Positions 37,798 through 48,775 of a stretch of DNA of 64,000 nucleotides are shown here, one piece after another. A model generated the notes under the pieces. It had not been told where the DNA came from and ran no database searches. It worked only from the letters and a program-made list of their open reading frames with translations. Made by a program: the position numbers and the translations under genes. The number at the start of each line of letters is the position of its first letter. Position 1 is the stretch's first letter. The stretch is from assembly GCA_041937175.2 (NCBI GenBank), contig CP166615.1, positions 1,120,001 through 1,184,000 of the forward strand, given 5' to 3'. Source of the stretch: Limnothrix sp. BL-A-16 (GTDB lineage: Bacteria; Cyanobacteriota; Cyanobacteriia; CACIAM-69d).

Positions 37798-37806
37798 ATT
37801 ATAGCA
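37798..37806 (-). promoter_or_regulatory. Extended -10 promoter (TGCTATAAT) for 6S RNA
   Basis: Consensus TGnTATAAT a few nt upstream of the predicted 5' end. Confidence 0.75.
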
Positions 37807-37954
37807 AACAGTTTTAGGATTACGATCGCCCCGGGAGCACTAGTTTTGGCCCTGAGTCGATCGCCCGCAGGGCCCCATGAAGCGAGCCAGTAACCCCTAG
37901 CCAGAACCACTCAGGAACCGGATCAGGGCGATCGCCCCGATCTGCGGCTAGTTC

Positions 37955-39757
37955 TCAAGAAGGCTCCGTCAAAAGCTTCACCAACTCTAGTTCTTGGGCG
38001 CGGTGGCCATCTTGGAAAATGGGTACTGGCCGTTCAATGCCCTTGAACCGAAATTCTCCCATTTGCACCCAATTCATTTTGCGCGACACCAAGTCATAGG
38101 TATTGGCGCTGATGATGCATTGACCCACCGGACAAATCGCCTCCATCCGGGCCGCCAGGTTCACCGCGCCGCCCAAGACTGTGTAATCCATCCGTTGGGA
38201 GCTGCCCACATCCCCCACCACGGCCCGACCGCTGTTGATGGCAATCCGTAGTTGCAAATGCTCGCCCAACACGTTTCGTTTATTTAGATCGTCCAAGCGC
38301 TCCAGCATTCGCCGGGCCGCAATCACAGCGCGATCGGCATGATCCGGTTGTGGTTCCGGCGCACCAAAAAAGGCCATGATGCAATCGCCAATGAACTTAT
38401 CGAGGGTTCCTCCAAGGGCAAACACCTCTTGCAGCATTTCTTCAAAAAAGCGGTTCAACAGATCCGCCACCTCCGCCGGACTCAGGCGCTCCGAAAGGGC
38501 CGTAAACCCGACAATATCCGCAAACAAAATGCTGAGTTCCCCGTCAGTGGTGGGAATCCGGCCATCCTCGTGGGTGCCAGCAGCGATCATCTGTTGCACC
38601 ACCGCAGGCGAGTGATAGCGCTCTAGCTTTTGGCACAGGCGCTCTTCTTCCTGAAGCTTGCGGGTGAGCAACCACCGTTGAACACTGGCAGCCACGAGGT
38701 TGGCCAACGCCGAAAAGAAACTGAGATCGTCTTCGCCCTCTTGCACCCAACTTTCGGAGGACAGGTTGGCATCGGCGTAGAGTACGCCGACCACTTTGTC
38801 TTCGTTCCAAAGGGGCACGGCCATGGCGCTGCGGATGCCCTTATAGAGAATGCTTTGTTCTGCGCCAAACCGTTCGTCGGCTTGGGCATCGGCCGTTTGC
38901 AGGGCAATTTTTTCCTTGAAAACTTTTTGGCAGATGCTTTGGCTGATCCAACCGCTGTTGAGGGTGAGGTCGCGGGCCCGTTCGGTTTCGCGGGCGGCCG
39001 CGTTCAGCAGTTGCAGTTGGCCATTGCCTTCCACATCCACCAACAGGGCCAGGCGCTCAATGTTGGTGAGATAGCGAAACACCACTTCTTGCACTTGGGA
39101 GAAGATGGCGTTGCTGCTGGCGGCGGAGGTGAGGCCTTTGGCGATTTCTACGAGATCGCGCAGGCGGGCAATGGTGCGATCGCGCTCATAAAGACTGTCG
39201 CCGCTGCCTTCGCTGGTGCGGAGCCACTGTTCTTTGAGGTCACTGGCATCGCGTGAAATTCGCATTTTGCCATCGGCCGTGGCATCAATCAGGGGCAGCT
39301 TGACCAGATTGGGCCGCACCACGGAAACGGTGGGCGGCAAAACCTCGGGGTTTAAGGGAACCTGCACCCGCTGGGAATAGACGGCTTTGGGCCCTTGGGG
39401 CGATTGGCGCGATCGGGTGATGGTGGGATTCGTGACCGCGCTGGCCGTGCCCACCCCTGCCAGCAGAATCGTGATACAAACATTTTCGATATAGATTCGA
39501 TCGCCGTGGGCGATGGGGGTTGGCTGTTGGAGGGGGGTTTGGTTCAGGCGTGTGCCGTTTTTGCTTTGCAGGTCTTCAACCATCCAGGGACTAGCCCGAT
39601 CGACGCGGCTAATTCGGGCATGGTGTCGCGACACGCCATAGGGAGAAAGGGGCAGCTCGCAATCACTGGCCCGCCCGATCGTCACGGAGTCGGTTTCCAC
39701 GGGAATCAGTCGATCGGGGCTACCGGGAACCTGAAGGCGTAATTGGATCTCAGCCAT
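37955..39757 (-). CDS. FHA-GAF-class III adenylate cyclase (CyaD-like architecture)
   Basis: FHA (IGRASDC, VSRHHA, DLQSKNGT), GAF (IRSAMAVPL...GVLYAD) and cyclase (LFADIVGFT, DKFIGDCIMA, YTVLGGAVNLAARME). Confidence 0.93.
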   Translation of the reverse strand: MAEIQLRLQVPGSPDRLIPVETDSVTIGRASDCELPLSPYGVSRHHARISRVDRASPWMVEDLQSKNGTRLNQTPLQQPTPIAHGDRIYIENVCITILLAGVGTASAVTNPTITRSRQSPQGPKAVYSQRVQVPLNPEVLPPTVSVVRPNLVKLPLIDATADGKMRISRDASDLKEQWLRTSEGSGDSLYERDRTIARLRDLVEIAKGLTSAASSNAIFSQVQEVVFRYLTNIERLALLVDVEGNGQLQLLNAAARETERARDLTLNSGWISQSICQKVFKEKIALQTADAQADERFGAEQSILYKGIRSAMAVPLWNEDKVVGVLYADANLSSESWVQEGEDDLSFFSALANLVAASVQRWLLTRKLQEEERLCQKLERYHSPAVVQQMIAAGTHEDGRIPTTDGELSILFADIVGFTALSERLSPAEVADLLNRFFEEMLQEVFALGGTLDKFIGDCIMAFFGAPEPQPDHADRAVIAARRMLERLDDLNKRNVLGEHLQLRIAINSGRAVVGDVGSSQRMDYTVLGGAVNLAARMEAICPVGQCIISANTYDLVSRKMNWVQMGEFRFKGIERPVPIFQDGHRAQELELVKLLTEPS

Positions 39758-40244
39758 GCCATCTACTCTGCTTCACAGCAATCGAATCAATATCGCCAAA
39801 TCCGCATCGACTGGAACGCTGAGAATAGCACCGGGAACAGCGCCGAGAACGTTAACCGATCGATGCATTACACCCTATTCGACAGCGTTTAGGCTCACAA
39901 GCGTTGAGGGGCCAGACCAGTTTTTCAGAACGCCCATGCCCCAGTCCGGTTAACCCATCCCGCCGCAGCCCCATTACTGCCTCGCTGTTTTCGTGGTTAG
40001 GCTGTGGTTAAGCCGTATAACCTTGATTAAAGCCTGGTTTAAGCCCCTTGCCCGATCGCCCTGAACGCAATCGGTTTGTTCGAGATGTCCCCTGCGATCG
40101 CCCTCCTCTCGCGACCAATTGGCTAAGCGTCCCCCGATCGCCCGTTCCCATACCCAAATCCAGAACCGGCACTGCAAAAGCACCGCTCCTTCCCATTTTT
40201 CTCGCTGGATGCGAGTTGAGTTGATCTGTGGTGATGCGTTGTTG

Positions 40245-40338
40245 GTGACCAATTGCAGTGACAAGTTGCAGTGACCAATTACGGTCATGAACTGCAATCA
40301 CGAACTGCGATCGAGAGCTGCGGTCACGAACTGCGATG
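40245..40338. repeat. Degenerate 13-bp tandem array
   Basis: About 7 units grading from GTGACCAATTGCA to GTCACGAACTGCG. Confidence 0.7.
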
Positions 40339-41001
40339 AAAACAGAATTCCCGCAAAGTTCCCGCAAATCAACAAGCCGGTATCGCACCCAAGACAGCCT
40401 GCCAAAATCTCACCTGACCCAACGCTAGCACTTGAACCTAGACAATGACGCAATTGCCTTCCACGTTGTGTTCCGTGGCATTCTTCATCCTGTCTAAGTT
40501 CAGTCCAGATTAGCCCCGATCGCCCCAATTAGGCGACTTCCGGCAACCTCAATTCAATTAGCGATTAAAGCGATCAAGGCGCTTGAATCTGCCTTCAACC
40601 CGCCTTTGGCTAGCCTTTAACCAGTTTTCAGTCTTTAAACAGTCTTTAAATAGTCTTCAATAAATAGTCTTCAATGTTGTCCCGATGGTTCTTGGGCAGA
40701 CTTTTAACGGAATCTTCCAGTCCGTCCCCAGGGGATCGGGCTAATCTGAGGCAAGTTGTCATCAAGGATGACGGTGCTGAGTGGTTGGCCCCTGTTGTGG
40801 CCTCGGGTGTTGCGATTCCGTCCCCCTAATCCGAATAGCCTGTGCTTCCTCGGCCAGCCCATTGCAACATCCACGACAGCGCCCGCAACAGTGCTTGAGC
40901 TAAAAACTTTGAACTGCGACTCCCGTGATGTTGGTTGGGGCCTGCATGATTGGCCCGCCAGCCGCAACTCAGCCGATTGTTAGCCGACCCAGATTTTTCC
41001 T

Positions 41002-42423
41002 ATGGCTCAAAGTTTCGGACTCATCGGTCTTGCTGTGATGGGCGAAAATCTTGCCCTGAACATTGAACGGAATGGATTCCCGATCGCGGTGTATAACCGC
41101 AGCCGCGATAAAACCGACACATTCATGGCCACCCGGGCCCAGGGCAAGCAGGTGCAACCCACCTACAGCTTGGAAGAATTTGTGGCTGCCCTTGAACCGC
41201 CACGCAAAATCTTGATCATGGTCAAGGCGGGCGGCCCCGTGGATGCGGTGATTGAACAGCTCAAGCCCCTGCTGGCCCCGGGCGATATTTTGATTGACGG
41301 TGGCAACTCGCTGTATGAGGACACAGAACGCCGCACCCAAGATCTCGAAGCCTTGGGCCTGACCTACATTGGCATGGGCGTGAGCGGCGGCGAGGAGGGG
41401 GCGCTGAATGGCCCCAGCTTGATGCCCGGTGGTACTCGATCGGCCTATGAAAAAATTGAGCCGATCGTCACGAAGATCGCCGCCCAAGTGGATAACGGCC
41501 CCTGCGTTACCTACATCGGCCCCGGCGGATCTGGACACTACGTCAAGATGGTTCACAACGGCATTGAGTATGGCGATATGCAGCTCATTGCCGAAGCCTA
41601 CGACTTGCTGAAAACCGTGGGCGGCCTGAACCAAGCGCAGTTGCAAGCCACCTTCGCGGCTTGGAACCAAACGGACGAACTCAACTCCTTTTTGATTGAA
41701 ATTACCGCTGAAATCTTTAAGGTCAGTGATCCCGACACTCAAGAGCCGTTGGTGGAGCTGATTCAAGACGCGGCGGGGCAAAAAGGAACCGGCCGATGGA
41801 CGGTGATGAGCGCTCTGGAGTTGGGGGTTTCGATCCCAACTATCATCGCGGCGGTGAATGCCCGGATTATGTCGTCCATTAAGGCCGAGCGGACGGCGGC
41901 GGCCCAAGAGCTGAGCGGCCCCGGCCCGATCGCCCCGGTGGATCAAGCCACGTTCATTGACCAAGTGCGGGATGCGCTCTACTGCTCCAAAATCTGTTCC
42001 TATGCCCAAGGGATGGCCCTGTTGGCAAAGGCTTCCGCTGAATTTGGCTATGGCTTAAATTTGGCGGAAATGGCCAGAATTTGGAAAGGCGGCTGCATCA
42101 TTCGCGCGGGCTTCCTGAGCAAGATTGAGCGAGCTTTTACGGATAACCCGCAGTTGCCGAATTTGCTGCTGGCTCCGGAGTTTAAGCAAACCATTCTCGA
42201 TCGCCAGGCCGCTTGGCGATCGGTGGTGGCGACGGCGGCCCAAACGGGGATCGCGGTTCCGGCCTTCAGCGCCTCCCTGGACTATTTCGATAGCTACCGG
42301 CGCGATCGACTGCCCCAAAACCTCACCCAAGCCCAGCGCGACTTCTTCGGCGCACATACCTACGAGCGGATCGACAAACCGGGCACGTTCCACACGGAAT
42401 GGGCCGCATTGGCGAACGGTTAG
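41002..42423 (+). CDS. gndA: 6-phosphogluconate dehydrogenase (NADP-dependent, decarboxylating)
   Basis: GLIGLAVMGENLA, GVSGGEEGA, VKMVHNGIEYGDMQ, QKGTG and QAQRDFFGAHTY. Confidence 0.98.
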   Translation: MAQSFGLIGLAVMGENLALNIERNGFPIAVYNRSRDKTDTFMATRAQGKQVQPTYSLEEFVAALEPPRKILIMVKAGGPVDAVIEQLKPLLAPGDILIDGGNSLYEDTERRTQDLEALGLTYIGMGVSGGEEGALNGPSLMPGGTRSAYEKIEPIVTKIAAQVDNGPCVTYIGPGGSGHYVKMVHNGIEYGDMQLIAEAYDLLKTVGGLNQAQLQATFAAWNQTDELNSFLIEITAEIFKVSDPDTQEPLVELIQDAAGQKGTGRWTVMSALELGVSIPTIIAAVNARIMSSIKAERTAAAQELSGPGPIAPVDQATFIDQVRDALYCSKICSYAQGMALLAKASAEFGYGLNLAEMARIWKGGCIIRAGFLSKIERAFTDNPQLPNLLLAPEFKQTILDRQAAWRSVVATAAQTGIAVPAFSASLDYFDSYRRDRLPQNLTQAQRDFFGAHTYERIDKPGTFHTEWAALANG

Positions 42424-42720
42424 TTAGGCCGCGATCGCCCAAGGCTGTTGAGCGGCGGCAAGGGAAGATTAGGGCGCATTTGGTGAGATTCCTGTGGATT
42501 CGGGAGGCCAAATGGCCCGTAAATCTAACCGAAATTCCGGTATCACCGGATCGCCGCTCAACTCCAAACGTAGGGTTCATGGGAGTACGGCCCCATGATG
42601 ACGGAATGGTTGGCTTGTTCTTCCACGCCCCCGAGAATTAAGCGCCACTAAGGCAATACGACCACTCGAAAGCCAAAGTTGAGACCAATGGGGCCAGCAT
42701 CTGCATTCCAAAAAATACAT

Positions 42721-43683
42721 CTAAAGACCCACGGGCCGCAGCGCAAAAAATGTTTCATTCATGCGCTCGCCAATCACATTGAGTTCTTGCTGCAAATTGT
42801 CAATGAACTCATGGAGACCCCGATCGATCACTTCATCCACCGAAAAATAGCTGAGTTCTGCTAACAATCGTCCCAAGGGCCGCTCCACAGGATTGCTCCA
42901 AGTGCCCGTCGGTGTTCCGGTAATTTCATGCAAGGATTTTTGGGACTGCAACAGGCAAAATTGCACCGCGCGGGGAAACTGTCGATCGAGCAATAAAAAC
43001 TCCACAACTCCCGTGGGCGAAATGCGGTGATTGCGCCACTTTTGATACATTTCATAGGCGCTGGCGGACTTCAACAATGCAATCCATTGGAGGCGATCGA
43101 GCGTTGTGCCCACATCCTGCACCGAAGGCAGCAGAATGTAATATTTCACATCCAAAATTCGCGATGTTTTATCCGCCCGCTCCAGAAATCGGCCCACCTG
43201 TCCAAAGTGCCAGCCTTCGCCGTGGGTCATGGTGGCATCGGTCACGCCATAGAGCAAATGACTCGCCAACTTCACTTCATTAAAAAACTTATCTAGGTCA
43301 ACGGCTCCCGCGCTGTAGCTGGCGGCCGCTTCCTGAACCATTAAATAAAACGCATTAATTTGTTCCCAGACTTCCGTAGACAGAATTTCTCGGATCGATC
43401 GAGCGTTTTCCCGCGCTGATTTTAAACAAGACAAAATCGAATTGGGATAATTCGCATCAAATGTTAGAAACTGAATCACATTTTCAGCGGAAGCTTCCCC
43501 ATAATTGGCCTGAAAAAGTGCTAAGTCTCCCGTGGTCATCAACAGAGGTTTCCATTGTTGAGTCACACCCGCAGGGGAATCTAAACTCAGCTTGAGATTG
43601 ACATCAATAAATCGGGCCACATTTTCCGCCCGTTCCACATAGCGATTGAGCCAATAAATCGAGTCCGCAACGCGACTGAGCAT
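42721..43683 (-). CDS. Alpha-E domain protein (DUF403)
   Basis: MLSRVADSIYWLNRYVERAEN, ARENARSIRE and GRFLERADKTSRILD. Confidence 0.92.
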   Translation of the reverse strand: MLSRVADSIYWLNRYVERAENVARFIDVNLKLSLDSPAGVTQQWKPLLMTTGDLALFQANYGEASAENVIQFLTFDANYPNSILSCLKSARENARSIREILSTEVWEQINAFYLMVQEAAASYSAGAVDLDKFFNEVKLASHLLYGVTDATMTHGEGWHFGQVGRFLERADKTSRILDVKYYILLPSVQDVGTTLDRLQWIALLKSASAYEMYQKWRNHRISPTGVVEFLLLDRQFPRAVQFCLLQSQKSLHEITGTPTGTWSNPVERPLGRLLAELSYFSVDEVIDRGLHEFIDNLQQELNVIGERMNETFFALRPVGL

Positions 43684-43857
43684 GGTGATTTAAAGGATGA
43701 ATTCCAAGGGGTGATTCCGCAAGAAGCCTTGATCGGGGAAAGTTGCCTAGAGCATACCTTAAACATCCCAGTCGGTTCCAGGATTGCTTCAGTTTGAGCT
43801 GTGGCCGCCATTCCCCAATCAACACATTCCTCAACCATCCCCCTTGGCGATCTCGCC

Positions 43858-45255
43858 CTACAAACGAGCAACACCATCTAGGCGAGCGGCCGCTTGCACC
43901 GCAGCGGCCACCGCTGGAGCCACGCGCGGATCAAAAACTGAAGGGACGATCGTTTCGGGGCCCAACTGCTCATCGTCCACCAATGAGGCGATCGCCAAGG
44001 CCGCATCCAAGAACATGCGTTGGGTGAGTTTGTTGGCCCGGCTGTCGAGGGCCCCCCGAAACAGGCCCGGAAATGCCAACACATTGTTGATTTGGTTGGG
44101 ATAGTCACTGCGGCCGGTGGCGATGATGGCCGCTTTGCCGATGATCAGTTCCGGTTGAATTTCCGGAACCGGGTTGGCCATGGCAAAGACGATCGGGTCT
44201 TTGGCCATGGATTCCACCATGGGCACGGACACCACCCCGGGCGCACTGACCCCCAGGAAAATATCAGCACCGACCATCGCATCGGCCAGGGTGAGCGGCC
44301 CGGGGCGATCGACCGCAAAATCCTGCTTTTGGGGGTTCAAATCGGTGCGATCGAGCGTCAGCAGCCCCTTCGAGTCGCAAATGGCAATGTCGGTGGCTCC
44401 GGCCGTGCGCAGCAGTTGGGCGATCGCGATCCCCGCCGCCCCTGCCCCATTGATCACGATTTTGACCGCCGATAGGGTTTTACCCACATATTTCAGGGCA
44501 TTGGTCAGGGCCGCCAAGGAGACGATCGCCGTGCCGTGTTGATCGTCGTGGAACACGGGGATATCCAGTTCCTCCTTCAGCCGCTTTTCCACTTCAAAAC
44601 AGCGCGGCGCGGCGATATCCTCCAGGTTCACCCCCCCAAAAACCGGCGCAATCCGCTTCACGGTTTCCACAATTTCATCGGCATCTTGGGTGGCCAAGCA
44701 AATGGGAAAAGCATCCACCCCGCCAAATTCCTTGAACAGCATGGCCTTGCCTTCCATTACCGGCAACGCCCCTTCGGGCCCCAAATTGCCCAACCCCAGC
44801 ACGGCGCTGCCATCGGTGACGATCGCCACCATGTTTTGCTTCACCGTCAGCTCATAGACCCGATCGGGCTGGTCAGCAATGGCCCGACAAACGCGACCCA
44901 CCCCCGGCGTGTAAGCCATGGCCAAATCCGCCTGGCGATCGAGCGAAATCTTGCTGTTGACGGTGATTTTGCCGCCCTGGTGCAAGGCGAAGGTGCGATC
45001 GGCTGCTGCCAACACCAATACCTCCGGAATTGCCTTCACGGCTGCCACAATGGCCTCCGCGCCCTCGGTGCTGGCCGCATCCACTGACAAATCCCGGATG
45101 GTCTGTTGGCGATTTTGCTCCACGAGGGTGATATCACCCAAGTTGCCCCCAGCGTCCGCGATCGCCTGAATGACCCGGGAAAGCATTCCCACCTGGTTGG
45201 GCAACTGAAGACGCAACGAAACACTGAAACTGGGATTTGGCGTTAGTTTAACCAC
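43858..45255 (-). CDS. NAD(P)-dependent malic enzyme with an N-terminal ACT domain
   Basis: AYTPGV, DGSAVLGLG, NLEDI, FHDDQHGT, GAGAAG and NNVLAFPG. Confidence 0.95.
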   Translation of the reverse strand: MVKLTPNPSFSVSLRLQLPNQVGMLSRVIQAIADAGGNLGDITLVEQNRQQTIRDLSVDAASTEGAEAIVAAVKAIPEVLVLAAADRTFALHQGGKITVNSKISLDRQADLAMAYTPGVGRVCRAIADQPDRVYELTVKQNMVAIVTDGSAVLGLGNLGPEGALPVMEGKAMLFKEFGGVDAFPICLATQDADEIVETVKRIAPVFGGVNLEDIAAPRCFEVEKRLKEELDIPVFHDDQHGTAIVSLAALTNALKYVGKTLSAVKIVINGAGAAGIAIAQLLRTAGATDIAICDSKGLLTLDRTDLNPQKQDFAVDRPGPLTLADAMVGADIFLGVSAPGVVSVPMVESMAKDPIVFAMANPVPEIQPELIIGKAAIIATGRSDYPNQINNVLAFPGLFRGALDSRANKLTQRMFLDAALAIASLVDDEQLGPETIVPSVFDPRVAPAVAAAVQAAARLDGVARL

Positions 45256-45476
45256 GAACCGATCCTTCCCGAATAGCAGGTTAATGAGTTAGAAGCTGAC
45301 AAGACAGGGATAACTAAAGCTCTATAATCTACCACCCATGAGCCGTTGGCCTTGGGCGATCGGTCAGGAATTGCTGAAGATTTTTGCTCAGGTCTGAGGG
45401 AATGTCTGAACAGTCAAAGCCCTTACCTTAGTAGGTCTCATTAGCTTTCGAGTATCATTAATCGACAAGAAGATGA

Positions 45477-45878
45477 TCAATCTTGATGATTAATTCGGTA
45501 AATGACTTGGGCAGTTCCTAAAATGTTGTTACGCCGAATGGGATTATGGCTTTGCTCAATGGCGCGTCGAGTCACCAAGTCCACGGGGCGGTTCTGAAAG
45601 AGCTTGCTAAATTCACATTCAATTGTGTATAGATCCAGCAGTGTAACCTTAGCGATCGGGGAAAAGCTAATTAATAAATCCACATCGCTATCGTCCCGAA
45701 ATCGATCGCCAAGAATTGATCCGAATAATGCAACTTCAGTGATCTGCCAATCACCACACAACAACATCAGTTTTTGACAATCCACGGTGAGACCTGGCTG
45801 AAGCGTAATTGAGCGACACAGAGGCTTCGCTTGATCGCACTCAACACCATCAAGGCAGTTGGTCATGGAGTGAGTCAT
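45477..45878 (-). CDS. Minimal nucleotidyltransferase (MNT, HEPN-MNT antitoxin type)
   Basis: LFGSIL..FRDDSDVDLLI, RPVDLVT and NPIRRNNIL. Confidence 0.85.
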   Translation of the reverse strand: MTHSMTNCLDGVECDQAKPLCRSITLQPGLTVDCQKLMLLCGDWQITEVALFGSILGDRFRDDSDVDLLISFSPIAKVTLLDLYTIECEFSKLFQNRPVDLVTRRAIEQSHNPIRRNNILGTAQVIYRINHQD

Positions 45879-45914
45879 GGCAGATCGCAATTGAACTGAA
45901 GTTTTGATTGTGTT

Positions 45915-46649
45915 TCAACTGAATTTGACGCGATAGAGGGCAAATACATCGCCTTCGCGCGTGGCGGTCACTTTGCCACCGGCTGCCTGAATAAGTTTTT
46001 TCCAGGCGATCGGCTCTTCCAAGAAAACCTCCGCCCCCAAATAGGTTTCCAAAATTGCCCAATTTTCCGCTAAGGGCAATTCGGGCAAAATGGCATCGAA
46101 GACGAATAACCCACCGGGCTTCAGGAGGGGCTTGACCCGATCGACCACGGCGGCCCAATAGTCGATCGGGTAATAACAGCTCACCCCCGTGGCAATCACC
46201 AAATCAAAGAACCCTGGCTCATAGTTCAGTTCATGGGCCGGCTGACAATGCACGCCCTTAAACAGTTTGGAGTTCAGTTGCGGCCCCCGCGCTGTTAACA
46301 AATCGCAGGCGACGCGAGCCACATCTTGTCCATAGAAAAAGGCTTGCCAATCGCGCCAGGGATAAAACAAAAAACTGCCCCCACAACCCAAATCTAAACA
46401 GCGCCAACCTTTTTGGGGCTTTGCCAATTCCCAAAAGGGGGATGTGATGCGACTGGTGAGGGATCCAGTCGCGAATTCAGGATAGAGCGGCAAGGCGGCC
46501 ACTTCGTCGGGGACTTCAAAGGCCTCACCGCGATATTCTTGGTTATATCGAGCGGCAACGGCTTGGATTTGGGCCTGTAGTTCAGGGGTATTCCAATCAC
46601 GAGATTGAAGTTCGGCAATGCTCCAGTTAACCAATGAATGCGCCCTCAA
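45915..46649 (-). CDS. Class I SAM-dependent methyltransferase
   Basis: CLDLGCG, FDLVIATG and LKPGG. Start uncertain. Confidence 0.88.
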   Translation of the reverse strand: MRAHSLVNWSIAELQSRDWNTPELQAQIQAVAARYNQEYRGEAFEVPDEVAALPLYPEFATGSLTSRITSPFWELAKPQKGWRCLDLGCGGSFLFYPWRDWQAFFYGQDVARVACDLLTARGPQLNSKLFKGVHCQPAHELNYEPGFFDLVIATGVSCYYPIDYWAAVVDRVKPLLKPGGLFVFDAILPELPLAENWAILETYLGAEVFLEEPIAWKKLIQAAGGKVTATREGDVFALYRVKFS

Positions 46650-46691
46650 AAATTGGGGTTGAATGTTGCTCTAGAAACAGGGAAATAATGA

Positions 46692-46871
46692 TTAACCTTT
46701 GAGAGCCTTTTGGAAGTTTTTGCGATAGGAGCCATTAATTAGCAAAACTGGCCAAAGTAGGGTTAGAAAAATTCGATTTTGGGTGAAGTTGGTTCGCTGA
46801 AAGCCGTTCCAAAATTTCACCCCAAAGAAGATGTAAGCACCAAGAATAGCGAGAATTGCCAGCTTAGCCAT
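46692..46871 (-). CDS. Small conserved cyanobacterial membrane protein
   Basis: MAKLAIL...KFWNGFQRTNF...LLWPVL...YRKNFQKALKG (59 aa). Confidence 0.75.
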   Translation of the reverse strand: MAKLAILAILGAYIFFGVKFWNGFQRTNFTQNRIFLTLLWPVLLINGSYRKNFQKALKG

Positions 46872-47058
46872 CGATCGAGCCTCTAGATACAACGGTTAAA
46901 TGCGACTGAATGCCTTTGGATGCACTTGGGTGCTAATGATGCCAGCCAACGGCGATGGGAAGGGAGTGACTCCCGGGGCTTCCGGGTTCACCCTGTCTAT
47001 CAGTGTAGCCAAACCGTTAGAGTAGAAAGCGGCAAAACGCAACCATCACAAGGCAATC

Positions 47059-48564
47059 ATGGAATTTCGAGCAAGTGTCAGCAGCCCGATCGAATGGACG
47101 GGCGCTGGTTTGGCGATCGGGCTGTTTGAGTCGGAACTGGAAACCCTGGCGGGTGACTTGGCGGCCTTGAACGATCGACTGGGTGGGGCCCTGCGCGAGG
47201 CGATCGATGAGGCCGAATTTAAGGGCAAGCCCGGCAACACTGCAACCCTGCGCGTGGGCAGCAGCACACCCGTTCGTAAATTGATCTTGATTGGGTTGGG
47301 CAGTGCCGAGAATCTGCCGCTCGATCGCCTGCGCCAAGGGGCCGCCGCCGCCGCCAAAGCTGCCCGGGCCCAAAAGTGCGATCGCCTGGCCATTGCGTTC
47401 CCGCTGGCCAACCAAGAGGCGGCCGCCGCTGCCCAAGCGATCACCGAGGGGGTGCATTTGTCGCTCTATCGCGATCGCCGCTTCAAGTCCGACAGCGAAG
47501 AAAACAGCAAAACCCCCAAGCCGGAGACGATCGAGCTGTTGCCATTCCGAAATGGAACCACGGATGCAGCGGCGATCGCCCAAGGGATCGATCGGGGTGA
47601 AAAAATCGCTGCCGGAACCATTTTGGCCCGCGAGTTAGTGGCCGCTCCGGCCAACGTGGTCACCCCCATCACCATGGCCGAAACGGCTCAGGCGATCGCC
47701 GCCAACCCCGGCTGGGAGCTGACCATTTTGGAACAGGAAGATTGCGAAAAACTAGGTATGGGTAGCTTTTTGGGGGTTGCCCAAGCGTCTGACCTGCCGC
47801 CGAAGTTTATCCATTTGGTTTACAAGCCCCCAGGCACGCCCCGCAAAAAGTTGGCGATCGTTGGCAAGGGGCTGACCTTCGACAGTGGTGGCTTAAACAT
47901 CAAGGCCGGCGCAGGCAGCAGCATTGAGATGATGAAAACCGACATGGGCGGCGCGGGCGCAACCTTTGGTGCGGCCCAGGCGATCGCCCTATTGCAACCG
48001 GATGTGGAAGTGCATTTCATTTCCGCCGTCACCGAAAACATGATCAGCGGGCGAGCCATGCACCCGGGCGACATCCTCACCGCCTCCAATGGCAAAACGA
48101 TCGAAGTGGGCAACACCGACGCAGAAGGCCGCCTGACCCTGGCCGATGCGCTCGTCTATGCGGACAAGCTGGGTGTGGAGGCGATCGTGGACTTGGCCAC
48201 CCTCACGGGCGCTTGCGTGGTGGCCTTGGGGGATGAGATTGCGGGTCTGTGGGCCACCGATGAAGCCCTGGCCAACGGTTTGAAAGCCGCCGCCGCCAAG
48301 GCCGGTGAAAAGCTGTGGCAAATGCCCCTCGAAGAACCCTACTTCGACAAGATGAAATCCGTGGTGGCTGACATGAAAAACATCGGCGGCCGCGCGGGTG
48401 GCTCAATCACTGCCGCCCTGTTCCTGAAGCAGTTTGTGAAGGACACGCCTTGGGCGCATTTAGATGTGGCGGGGCCCGTTTGGAGTGACAAGGATTCAGC
48501 CCTAAATCCCGCCGGGGCTACCGGTTATGGGGTTCGTACCTTGGTGGAGTGGATTTTGGCTTAA
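47059..48564 (+). CDS. pepA: Leucyl aminopeptidase (M17)
   Basis: [32 protein letters not shown] and WAHLDVAG. Confidence 0.97.
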   Translation: MEFRASVSSPIEWTGAGLAIGLFESELETLAGDLAALNDRLGGALREAIDEAEFKGKPGNTATLRVGSSTPVRKLILIGLGSAENLPLDRLRQGAAAAAKAARAQKCDRLAIAFPLANQEAAAAAQAITEGVHLSLYRDRRFKSDSEENSKTPKPETIELLPFRNGTTDAAAIAQGIDRGEKIAAGTILARELVAAPANVVTPITMAETAQAIAANPGWELTILEQEDCEKLGMGSFLGVAQASDLPPKFIHLVYKPPGTPRKKLAIVGKGLTFDSGGLNIKAGAGSSIEMMKTDMGGAGATFGAAQAIALLQPDVEVHFISAVTENMISGRAMHPGDILTASNGKTIEVGNTDAEGRLTLADALVYADKLGVEAIVDLATLTGACVVALGDEIAGLWATDEALANGLKAAAAKAGEKLWQMPLEEPYFDKMKSVVADMKNIGGRAGGSITAALFLKQFVKDTPWAHLDVAGPVWSDKDSALNPAGATGYGVRTLVEWILA

Positions 48565-48600
48565 TGGCTAGCTCAATGATCGGCTGAATCGCTGGTTCAA

Positions 48601-48775
48601 GAGACCTCTGGCGCAAATTAGCTAACAGCCCTCATCCCCCAACCCCTTCTCCCAAGGAGGGCGAAGGGGAGCCAGAAATCGGGAATAGCGGCGATTTCGT
48701 TGTTGGTTGTCAAGTCCCTCTCCCAAGTCGGGAGAGGGATTTAGGGTGAGGGTTTTGATTGATGCAAGAGGTCTA
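48601..48775 (+). mobile_element. MITE family 2, copy B
   Basis: AGACCTCTGGC ... TGCAAGAGGTCTA, near-identical to 33102-33276. Confidence 0.9.

Noticed and set aside
40969..42009. 346-aa ORF antisense to gndA
   Set aside because: Codon-bias shadow of a highly conserved gene.
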